The notes under the pieces: model-generated
Told to the model about the DNA's origin: nothing
Seen by the model: only the letters and a program-made list of their open reading frames with translations
Database searches by the model: none
Source: Perna viridis
Lineage: Eukaryota
DNA: 64,000 bases
Direction of reading: 5' to 3'
Assembly (NCBI GenBank): GCA_037379345.1
Contig: CM074524.1
Coordinates: forward strand, 26,780,750 to 26,844,749
Program-made: the position numbers and the translations under genes
Part shown: positions 13,401 to 24,026 of the stretch, one piece after another
Position numbering within the stretch: the first letter of the stretch is position 1
Layout: each line of letters starts with the position of its first letter

Positions 13401-14582
13401 CTCTACGTTCTATTTTGTATCCTGGAACTTCATATCAGCTATTTCTGTAAGATGGATCAAGTTTGGTTTCTGCTAGAAAATCGACAATTTTGTCAACAAG
13501 TAATTCTTTAATTTCAAAATAAATTTTGTTTTTAAACTGTTGATATTTAGATGTGACACAATAAATTTGCTGGGGTGATCTTTCCGTACATTGACCAATT
13601 CATCCAAAACTGAATGTTCATTTTCACTGGATGTAAAACTTGAATTTCTAGATGAGTATTGATTTACTTCTTCTGCGAAGAATGAATCGGTAAAATGAAA
13701 CTTGTCACACTGATTACAAATCCATGGGTCTTTTGAACTGGTTATCAAAGTATATTCTGGTGGTGTTATACTTGCACACTTTATGTGCCATTCGAAAAAG
13801 CAGACATCGCAACGAGCACATCTAAGAGTTTTGGCAACTGCCTTATGGCAGCTCTCGCATGGATTCTTTATAGGCCCGGGATTAACGGACACGTCGCCAC
13901 TTATAATAAGAATAACCAGCTTGAAGTGATCTTCCCTTATGTTGATTGGTATTGATAAGGGCTTTGGTCTACTGTGTTTGATGTGATAGAAAAAGGTGAC
14001 GAATCGGTTTATCTCAAAATCCGGTGCTAAAGTTATGTTGTAAGAATGTACATCATTCATATAGTCATTGCTACATGTAGTTGGAAAGCTCTGTGTGATA
14101 TTATAATAGCTTGTCTTTGGGCGTTCCTTTCCAATCACCTGATATGGTGGTAGTATCAAGGCAATGTTCAAAAGTAGATTGACGTATTGAATCATCATCT
14201 CCCTTTGTAGAAAAGATCAATTCATTAATCAACGATTGAAATGTGTTAGTGCGTAGTGAATTATAACTGAATAACGGGTCCCCAGGCTGCTTGGGTACAA
14301 AGTCCAACTTTGTAATAACGGGTCAGAGACGTTCACGACACAACAACACCTTAAAACGAAGTGGGCAGTGTTAACGGTTGTGTTATGTATACGATTTTTG
14401 ATGTTCAAAGTAACTATTTCAAAGTTGTTTTAACTCACAGTTTTGGAATAATGTAAGTTCCGGAACACATTTTCAAGTTGAATCCCTTGTTTGAGTTGTA
14501 AGAGACAAGCTTTAGGGTAATTCCAATTTATATCGGAGCATGAAAAATTACGCATCCATTACAAGGGGAGACAACAAATGAT
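10419..14582 (-). mobile_element. CR1-group non-LTR retrotransposon, near full length, decayed (2A-like motif, PHD, APE endonuclease, RT)
   Basis: Frameshifted ORF pieces: PHD (CESC...CDVC...WHIKC...WICNQC), APE (HLNINSL, ETKLD, IDIILTN, SDCHNMI), RT (MDLSKAFD, GVPQGSILGPLLFNVFINDI, YAED) and a CR1-type C-terminus (SFRYAAPVLWNSLP). The 3' end has AATAAA plus a degenerate (ATTTG)n tail; GATAGTTC is duplicated at 10411-10418 and 14583-14590. Confidence 0.92.
10774..14198 (-). pseudogene. Disrupted PHD-endonuclease-reverse transcriptase polyprotein of the CR1 element
   Basis: ORF-track pieces 13473-14198, 12657-13061, 11985-12209, 11522-12028, 11114-11332 and 10774-11142 are colinear parts of one polyprotein broken by frameshifts; catalytic YADD reads YAED. 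Confidence 0.88.
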
Positions 14583-15849
14583 GATAGTTCTGATCTAGTT
14601 ATTTTTCGCCATAACTTCCGAAGATTGCCAATAGGACATTCACCTAAGTTAAAAATACTTTAACCTTTGTAAAAAAAAAATAACAATAACGGATTCACAG
14701 TAAGCACGTGTTTTCATTTCATTTCATCTACTTCTTGATTAGTTTTCAAATAAATAATGACCATATTTGAGCCATATTATATCACAAAAGGATCCTTGCC
14801 TTATTATTGAACTTTTTTCTTTTACGGCTTGAGTCCGTCTGTCTTCCTTACTTTTAGTAACCACTTTCGCTTTGCTATCAGATTTGTAATTAAAAAAGCG
14901 ACCCTTACAGCGCATGCGCGGATTAAGGTCACCAGAAGTCGCATGCATACGAATTTATCTAAGTCGATTTAGTGTCTTGCAAGACAATAAATATATAGAC
15001 ACCCGTTTCATGTATTTAATGCATTTTATTTGTGGTTATCAAATGAAATTATATAGGAAAACTACAATTTAGTAGAAATAATTCATAGTTAAGTTATACT
15101 TCAACAGAAACAAAAATTTACGAAAATGACAGCCAATGCAGCTTTAACGTTTCATAGGACTAAATTTAATTCTACGGGTACTTTATGTCATATTTATTTG
15201 TCCAAAGTAACATAAACGAGAATTTACAGTATCTATCTATACTACTAAAGGAAGAGAAAGATTTCGTTGAGCCGCAACTCCTCTGAAACCCTACAAGGTC
15301 GAATATTTTTGTGATATAAGGTATAAATGTAGTGTAGTGTACTTCCTAAATTTGTTTTTGAAACAATCTTTTTTTCTACGGAAAACGAGATTTTTTTGGA
15401 AAATATCCCAATGCGGAGACTCTCATTGGTACATGTGTTAAAATACGCTTTCGCGCATGCACAATCGACTTATTGTCCGGATCATGTGTACGTGTGTTAC
15501 ACGAGTATTGTGCGTTCATTGTTTTACTTAATTAAACGACATCCACCATTTTTTCTGAGGTACAAAAATGTCCAGACATGGAAAGGCGTAGAAATGAAGC
15601 TTCCTCCTTCTAAGTGTAAACATCTGCGCCCATCCCCTTTTTATTTGTAAACTGGCACGACTGGTAAACCCCTACCCATTGTTTTGAGTAAAATATTGAA
15701 TTATTTAAAATTTAATAATTTATTATGCACCTTTTAACTGGGGGAGCAGAACTTTCAGAAAATTTAAAGGGTATTAAACCCCAACAACAACAACAACAAA
15801 AACAAACAAAACAAAACAAAAAAGGACTGGATCAGCAATCACAAACAAC

Positions 15850-15933
15850 AGGAAATGACATTGTCACATATTAGGAAAGGAAATGACATTTTCACATATT
15901 AAGAAAGGAAATGACGTTTTCACATATAAAGAA
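15850..15933. repeat. Tandem repeat, 3 x 28 bp
   Basis: aggaaatgacattgtcacatattaggaa / aggaaatgacattttcacatattaagaa / aggaaatgacgttttcacatataaagaa. Confidence 0.85.
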
Positions 15934-16543
15934 TGACTTTAAAATGTAGAACCAAGTCTGAAAAGCTTAAAGTATACATGTAGTTGTCTTTCTTTTATTA
16001 CATTGTATGCATGTAAACAGTTCTGTTGGAGCAAAATAAAACAGCTTTTTAGTCCCAGATTAAACCAATTTTTCCAGGAAAGTGCATTGGCATGAGTATA
16101 TGAAACTTTGAATACGGACGCACCATTTAACTTTCTGAAGGGGGGGGGCTTGCTTTTTTTCTTTGGTTGTTAAAAATATTTTGATCCTGATTTCAGAGAA
16201 AAGATAATTGGGTAAGAAATAGTTAAAAATAAGTAAAGTGAATAAAAAAAAATAAAATAATTCGCTTACATGCGCCAGAAAAATACATGCGCTGAGTCAA
16301 AAGAAAACCAAGTCCCCCTGAAATGTTGATGGTCAACCCCTCTTAAACAAGTAAACCAATTTGAACAAAAGTACACCATTGATGTATGGTAGATGATCGT
16401 AGATCCTTTACAACGATTATTCATTTTGTTTGGATTCGTCAAATTAGTACAGTGTCCACACTTCACAAGTGTATCCTAGGTACATCATAAGTGTAAGAAA
16501 TGCTTCGAATTAGTCTCTCAAGGTCAACGCGGCAAAGCAGACA

Positions 16544-16550
16544 TATAAAA
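16544..16550 (+). promoter_or_regulatory. Putative TATA box of the beta-propeller gene
   Basis: TATAAAA about 107 nt upstream of ATG 16651. Confidence 0.45.
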
Positions 16551-16650
16551 GTATCCCAAGGTACGTTGAGATAAGCTGTACTTATGCATTGGTCAAATAC
16601 TTGCGCTGTAACATCCCGTTCAAACATCTGATAGTAGACTAAGGAGGATA

Positions 16651-18055
16651 ATGTTGGACCGGTTTAACTTTCTTGTTATGACCCTCTTACAATTACAGTT
16701 TCTTACTGGTAAGTTTACACGTCCTTTTGAGAACATTGTAAAGGCGACGAAAATGTATTTTCTATTATGAAAGATTAATTAAGGAAACCCAAAGTCGATT
16801 GGAAATTAAAGAATTTATTTCAAGAGTAAAGACTAGACGGGAAAAATAGACACACAAAACGTAGAAACAAAAGAAAGTGAGCAACCCGGACTCTACTTAA
16901 AACTTGAATCATGAAAAATGAACCGGGATCGAGCTTCATTGTTGAACTTATTTTTCTATAGTCAAAATTTGGAACAGCTAGAAAAATGGAAAATCCAAAA
17001 CTCCAGACTCCAAAACTTTAAATCTTTAGAACTTGGACAGTTATAGTGTATGCACCGTCCCACTGTCAATGAAATTCGAAACAATATTTGCTACATGTAA
17101 CTACGTGTAAACACCAAGAATTCTATAAATAGAAATAGCATGGAAACGTATCGCGCAGAATCGTACAAATAAACACGATAGATAAATAACTCAAATGAGG
17201 ACAGGGACACACTGCCAGGTATGCAGATTCTTTGGTTGAATTTGAAAAAAATAGGATTACTAATTTGTTTATCAATGACACTTAATATCGTTAATGTTTA
17301 CGGTAAATTAGTTTAATCTTTTTGAAAATCGCATTGACGTACAAACTTATTTTAAAATCTACAAGGAAACGATTGGTGTGGTCTTAAAAATAAACTTAAA
17401 AAAGCATGATGGAAAGATAACGACTAGACAAGACACAAACAATAAATAATTTAAAATAAAAAAAAATAATACGTACAAAGAAACAAATGTAAATGAGCAT
17501 CCCGAAGTTGCTCATATGATGTCACATCTGGGGTAGATCAAACAGTGTAGGAAACGATGCACACATCAGTTGGATACTCCGTTCATGATGGCAACCACAC
17601 AATTCTGTAGTGATGTCTTTGAACTTGAAGCAACATAACACTGTTCCAGAAGCTTAATTGTGAGAATTCTTGCTCGGTTCAAAAAGTCCGTCTAGTTTTC
17701 GTAACATATGGCATAATGTATGAGGTGTGAAATAAAAATTCCGTACGTAGGTGCTAAAGGGATGTAGAGTTCTCCTTTTTACCCTATCAATAGATCAAAT
17801 TTAGTTGAAACACTGCAGTAAAGTGGCGTTTAAATTTCTCGGACATTTCCCTATATAAGCAGTCAAAAACAATCTATGCCACGGATGCTTCAAGCATTTT
17901 AAAAATAAAAAATAACTTTCCGGCTGTATTTTCGATGTATTGAATTTATTTGAGACAAAAAAAAAATTGAGAAAGTAATGTGTCATCCAATGCCTGATTT
18001 TGACAAAAAAGGTACTTGATATGTTAGATCTTAGTCAGTAACATTCTATACGTTA

Positions 18056-18091
<36 letters not shown>

Positions 18092-21000
18092 TCTTTTATT
18101 CACATTTCAGATAACCGCGATCATTATCTTTCATTGAAACATTTCAGTTAAATTACTATTTAAGTACCAGTCCGTATAAAATGCAGATACTTTCCATACT
18201 AATGTGTTTCATGGTGAAGAAAAATCCGCCGTACAAACGAAGATTTTTCAGTTTACATAATTATGCTGTACTTTCATATAATGATAGTCCTTCCTGACAT
18301 CGTTTGTCCCTATCGAGACCTTTTAGTTTTAAAGCAAACCAAAATATTTCATATTATATTGCTCTTTTTAAATTGTTATATTATATGGCTTAATGATATT
18401 TTAAGTGTCTCATAGGTCTATAGTGGCCGGGCAACAGATTATTTCATAAATGTTTATCTTGTATTGTGTTATTTATGTATATCTGATGTGTGACACTCAA
18501 ATAAATATTTTATTATTTTTAATCATTTATTTAAATCTGTGTAATGGATAAAACCTTGTATTCATCTCCCACTAAAATCAATGAAATTAAGACGAATCAC
18601 GAACATTAACTTTTGCAATTTTTTTGCCAATTTCATACACATTTTTAAAATTTCTTAAAAAAATCACTTTGTAAAGACTGCTACTAAATAGACATACATG
18701 TACACTTGTACATGTAGACTAGTACTTACCACGGTCAGCTGTGGTTTGTGTAAACAGACCTGTCAATGTGAAAACTTTTTCTCGGTTTCTAAATTTTCGT
18801 TTTCTGACCAGGTAGTGCTTATTTAATCAACATCAATTATAACTAGTCTGTATGTTTAAAAAAATAAACGAATGATTTCAAGTTGGTCTGGTATTTGTAA
18901 ACAATTCCTGTTTCTTTACATAAGGTTATTATTTTTCGATGTTATTGTATATGACACTAGCACTGAAACTTACGTCAAAACTGATAATGATATAATTCGT
19001 TATGGAAAGGCCGGATCAAGATTCACGATTAAAAAAGTACGAGTTAACTAAAGCATTTTGGGGTTTTACAAAATCTTAATGTGACAGAAATTACAATACG
19101 TGATTTCCAAGTGGTGACAAGTACATCTACATGTATGACTTTCAACCATAAATTCATAAAAAATAAATATAAACGATATTCTTGTTTGTGTTGTGAAGAT
19201 ATGTTTTTCATATTTTTTCAATTTGATTTTTTCAAGCTGTTCCGAATTTTGATCATGGAACAAAACTTTCAACAGTGACATCAGGGCGTATTGATGAAGC
19301 TTCCGGTCTAGCTGCAAGCCGAACGCATTCCGGGGTACTGTACACCATAAATGATCATGGCGACGGACCACATATTTATGTGTTGGATAGTGCAACAGGC
19401 CACAGGATTTCTACGATCACTTTAAACAATGCTCAAAATGGCGACTGGGAGGATATAGCCTATGGTCCCTGCCCAGGAGGATCATACTGCATTTACGTTG
19501 GTAAGCCTCTAGAACAACGGGCATGTAAACTGGGATTTTATACATATATTTACAGTTACCAGTATAAAGGTACATTTTGTATATCCTGTCTTGGAACCCT
19601 CTCCATTTTTGGAAAATTTTGTTAAATTCGTGCTAAAATTATGGGCACAAATGATAAAATAATACCCGGAAACCCTCTTTTTGCAGTCGCTGGATCCACC
19701 CCAAAAATATGTTGTGTAGCTCACTTGTCTTCTATCGAATAGAAGTTAACATCCTTATACGACTGCAAAGAAATTGCGGTCGAATTATTGTTTGTTGCTG
19801 TCGTCTGTGTCGTCGTCAGTGATTTTCGGTACCATTTTTAACATTTTTGGTAACATTTTATAAAGATCGAAAGTCTTGTATTCAAGTTATAGCACGATTT
19901 ACTTGGTATCGTGCTACAACTTGAATACAAGACATTCGATCTTTATAAAATGTTACCAAAAAGTTCCACAAAAAAATAAGAAGTTTGCTAATACAATATT
20001 ATTGTTGGGTTTATAGTCCCGACAGTTTCAAGAATTAATTTTCATAGAACTTCGAACTACATTTAAAAAAACCCATTTTACTATGACTTTGGTCAAGGCA
20101 GAGGGATGTTTATGATATTGTATTGGCAATATTCCACAATGTACATCATAAAGATAAGACTTTAGTTGATCTTTGGGGTTAAACTTGAAAAATTAAGGAA
20201 TAATGAACAAAAATGGGTCAGCAACCAGCATTTTTGTGAGTCTGAATGATTACTGGAGATAAATTGTGCCACATGGTACCTTCCCAAAGGAAGGTCGGGG
20301 TTAATTTTGGAGATTGTGACTTGAAACGTTTCGAGGCCTCAAACAAACATTTTCTTGATGTTCGGACAAAACGTGAATTGATCATTTTAACAATCGTTCA
20401 ATATTCCTCAATGTGCCATTCCAAAATAGAAATGAAGTTTGGTTTTTGAGATTGTGGCTTGAACCTTTTCGGTATAAGGGTACATAAATGGGCAACTTTG
20501 ATTCTGTTTTAATTCATGTTTTGTGTCAAATATTTAATTGCCGTCAAAATTCATCTAGCTTTATAAAGTTTGGATGGTGTGTCCATACATGCCCTAACGG
20601 TTCGGGGTTCGGCCTCTACAGCAGTATCCAGCTGCATCCTGGGAAGTATTTTATTACTTTCCAAAGAACCATGAATGCTGGATCACACACATTTGGTCAC
20701 ATGATACGATATTTTTTTCAGGGGACACCGGCGATGCTACTTCTAGGAACACTTTGTACATGATCAGAGAACCAGCCGATGTACACACTGATCAGCATAT
20801 TGATGTATTTAAAACGCTGAGATATTCGTAAGTTTTGGGCCATAGAGGTTTGATCCCAACTAGTATATACATGTATAAGCAGGGTGTACAATTGATAGTG
20901 TGAGCAAGTAAGCCCCTGTGGTTGAGCCAACCGCATGTCTTGAAATGATGTGTTGAAAATCACATAGTTACATGTACATGTACTGTAATTATGACACTTA

Positions 21001-21878
21001 ATTACGGCTAGTATTTTAAATAATGTTTTGTGCCTTGTTAAGAAATACGTGTCGATGCGTCTGTCTACACATGCGAAATGATAGTATTTGGTAGAAATCA
21101 ACAAAAGATAAATGTAGAATCTACACTTTTGCTACATCACAAGCGGAAGTAATATTAGTGTCGATTCATTATCTATTGTTATTCCGGAAAAAAAGTATTG
21201 AGTTGTTCATACATATAATGCACCTGTATAATAAGCAGGGGCGGTTCCCGGATTTCGTGTTTGGGGAGATACATAAAATAAAAGGTCGAGCGATGCGAGG
21301 CACGAATATATTTGGGGTACGATTAGTGAACAATCAAAATTTTGTGCCTTAAAAAATATTCCAAAGTTTTATGAGACATTCACAAGGTCCACCACCAATG
21401 ATCTGCGCTTGGTATTATGTTCAAAATTGTACAGTATTGGTTCTTTGAAACTTACAGATGGTCAGAAGGAGATTGTGAGACGTTATTGGTTGATCCTCAG
21501 GGAGAAGTCTACCTAGTAACAAAAATTAAGGGACAAGCCGCCAAAGCTGCGCATGTTCCATCTAGCGGATGGAACAGTGGGACAACTGTTGCCCTGAACA
21601 ATCTGGTAACCCTGGCATTTCACACAGCAAACAACGACCCGACAGGAGGTGACATTTCTCCAGATGGCCGCGAAATCCTTCTTGTATCTCATCATAAAAT
21701 GTTTTGGTTCAACGTAACGAATGGTGACGTCCTTGCCGCGCTTCAAACTAGTCCTGTCGAAGTTCCTTATATAGACGAACCCCAAGGAGAGTCTGTTACT
21801 TGGGATCCTAAAGGTCAAGGTTATTACACACTGAGTGAAGGTCATTATCAACCTATATACTACTACACGCGTCAATGA
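16651..21878 (+). CDS. Secreted beta-propeller protein of a bacterial-type uncharacterised family (282 aa); exons 16651-16708, 19237-19500, 20722-20827, 21458-21878
   Basis: All junctions are GT-AG with matching phases (1,1,2), total 849 nt. Hydrophobic leader MLDRFNFLVMTLLQLQFLTA. Blade-like motifs EASGLAASR..LYTINDHG, DWEDIAYGP..IYVGDTGD, DCETLLVDP..VYLVTK, TGGDISPDG, EPQGESVTWDPKG..YYTLSEG. AATAAA at 21901-21906. The exon 1 link is the least certain part. Confidence 0.88.
17490..17733 (-). mobile_element. Diverged Penelope-like 3' fragment (intronic)
   Basis: Homologous to 44780-45045 (gttcatgatg, ttctgtagtgat, caacataac, ctgttccagaagc). Confidence 0.6.
18056..18090. repeat. (GT)n microsatellite
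   Basis: Direct inspection. Confidence 0.95.
18161..18728. mobile_element. MITE-like copy of the 4.4/9/25-kb repeat family with short terminal inverted repeats
   Basis: TAAGTACCAGTC at the left end and GACTAGTACTTA at the right end (11/12 complementary); internal homology to 9022-9420. Confidence 0.5.
19844..19962. repeat. Long near-perfect inverted repeat (55-bp arms, 9-nt loop)
   Basis: Arm 19844-19898 is complementary to 19908-19962 with 2 mismatches; loop ttacttggt. Confidence 0.95.
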
Positions 21879-23004
21879 TGGAATGAGGAGTGCCTTTGTC
21901 AATAAATGAGGTGGAAACTTTCACGTGTATAGTCATACACGGAGGACATGTCATTCATAGGTATCTTTGACAAACCCAAATTGAATGACAAACTTAAGTA
22001 CAATATACATTGTATCTCTCGGGTAATAATTTTAAGTACATTAAATATATATAATTATCTTTTACATCCTTCATGTACAAGAAAAATCAGGATTGCCTTT
22101 ATTGTAGATTCCAAAGAGACGGAAATGCTTCAGATCAAACTAAGTTGCCGCCTGTACAGTTATACATGTAACGGTATCTGACCGTCCGTCCAACCATCCC
22201 CACCTTTTTGACATATTTTGTAATATTAGTTTTGACCAAATGGTTTCCAGGAAGAAGAGCGGGTGTATCCTCTAGTGAGCTTGTCTGGAAACTTTTTTTT
22301 CTAGTTTAAGTAGAAATAGGCGTAGTTTTTATTTGAGTTCACTTAAATGTATACATGTATATTTGATGTTACTGACGCATCGTACCTTTATTTCAAATGA
22401 ACGATATAACTCCTTGTTTCTTCATCTAGTAAAGTAGCTAGACTTTTTGGGGTCCAACATTGTAACTAATAAATCTGAAGTCACACCCTTCCCTGGTTAC
22501 TACCCAGTTTCATGGGTAATTCGCCGCAGCATAAAATATATGCTCATATCATGACCGCCTACGTCAGAATCTAAATTGGAATGTGAACGAAATTACACAT
22601 TTTTTAATAGTTTTTAGTATTTTGTATTTAGATGCGTTACGTCTAATCAAAATTTGACACTTTACGTGTTTAAATTCTAATTAATAAAAAATAACACTTA
22701 GCGTACACATCTTACAGTCAACGTTTACAAAAGGTTATCATAGCTAATTAAAACTCTGAAAACATCGTAATTTTCTTACTCTTTTATTTGATATAAAAAT
22801 ATAAGTTACACAAATATTGTGTATATAAGATATTAAACTGCACATCGTTCCCATTGTTCTTCAGCTTGTATATTTTTTTTAATTTGTCACGTTTGTAAGT
22901 TTTCTGTTTAGTGTGAATATTTCTTGGTTTTTATGTACATGCATTGTTTCGTTTAATTTTGTTTTTGTTTTTTCTCCCTTCCCACTTCTTGTAATCTGAT
23001 GATT

Positions 23005-23383
23005 GTCTATTGATTTGTTAGTTGTGAATCTCTGTATCCGTCTTTGTAAATTGATTTGATAGTTGTGAATCTCTGTATCCGTCTTTGTCAATTGATTTGT
23101 TAGTAGTGAATCTCTATATCCGTCTTTGTTTATTGACTTCCTAGTTGCGAATCTCTGTATCCGTCTTTGTCTATTGATTTGATAGTTGCGAATCTCTGTA
23201 TCCGTCTTTTTCTATTGATTTGCTAATTGTGAATCTCTTTATCCGTCTTTGTCATCCATCTTTGTCTATTGATTTGATAGTTGTGAATCTCTGTATCTGT
23301 CTTTGTCTATTGATTTGCTAGTTGTGCATCTCTGTATCTGTCTTTGTCTATTGATTTGCTAGTTGTGAATCTCTGTTTCCGTT
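23005..23383. repeat. 41-bp minisatellite, about 9 copies
   Basis: Unit ctattgatttg(a/c)tagttgtgaatctctgtatccgtctttgt; homologous positions at 23021, 23062 and 23103 give period 41. Confidence 0.92.
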
Positions 23384-24026
23384 GTCTGAAACTTGTACAA
23401 TGAAACCTGTGCAAACCGAAGCCATCTTTGACTGAGAGATATATGTTCGGCAATTGTCCATTTTACACTGTGAAAATGAACCCGAACAACTTGTATTACG
23501 GGTACTACATGTATAATTGTGAAAAACTGTCAAATATTTATGTCACTTCAAAATAATTGGCATGTTAAACAAAACATCTGATAAGGTTTTTAATTGTAAT
23601 TTTCAAAATCAAAACCACAAAATTAATAATAAAAAAGCAACAACTTTCGTGGTTTATATGTCACGGTAAAATAACTAGAGCACATTCAAGTAATATAAAA
23701 ACGATATCACATTTTAATTGAACCTAGATATTTAAATTTCACATGACAGGTACATGTACGTCTCTTTGTAATGTAATTGCTGTATAATAAGTATAGATTT
23801 TGTTCTTTAATTACTGATTTTCAATTGTTAAAAGGTCTTGAGTTTGAACAGAAAAAATAGACAGATCGATTTCAGACCTTTAAAATGACCTGCCGGGGTT
23901 TCAGTTTACTGTAGTTATACAGTAGAGGTGAGACATACGGACGGGTTCTATGAGCATTCCGAATCAGGGAGTTTACGTTCATTTGACATTTAGCTACTTT
24001 AAATTGTTCATGTCAGTTCGGACAAC

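Larger units (their letters stand above)
10256..15143. mobile_element. Non-autonomous TIR DNA transposon (TTAA-flanked, Kolobok-like), interrupted by the CR1 LINE
   Basis: TTAA (10252-10255) + AGCTGCATTAGCTG ... CAGCCAATGCAGCT + TTAA (15144-15147): a 14-bp TIR with one mismatch. TTAA target duplication with AG..CT ends fits Kolobok rather than piggyBac (CC..GG). About 0.7 kb once the LINE is removed. Confidence 0.7.

Noticed and set aside
19715-20660. Helentron-associated (HINE-like) element; similarly 28809-30470
   Set aside because: Some hallmarks (tagctcac or acaag start, (cgt)/(acgg) microsatellite, decayed internal repeats) but termini could not be defined with confidence.
16651-21878. 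Bacterial contamination as the explanation for the propeller ORF
   Set aside because: The gene is split by three canonical GT-AG introns that contain host repeats and has a polyadenylation signal.
21513-21902. 129-aa minus-strand ORF (likewise 6996-7334, 34236-34499, 39065-39435 and short ORFs within 54.5-56.1 kb)
   Set aside because: Antisense or alternate-frame shadows of real exons.
23005-23383. Possible CRISPR-like array
   Set aside because: Units are contiguous with no unique spacers, and the context is eukaryotic.
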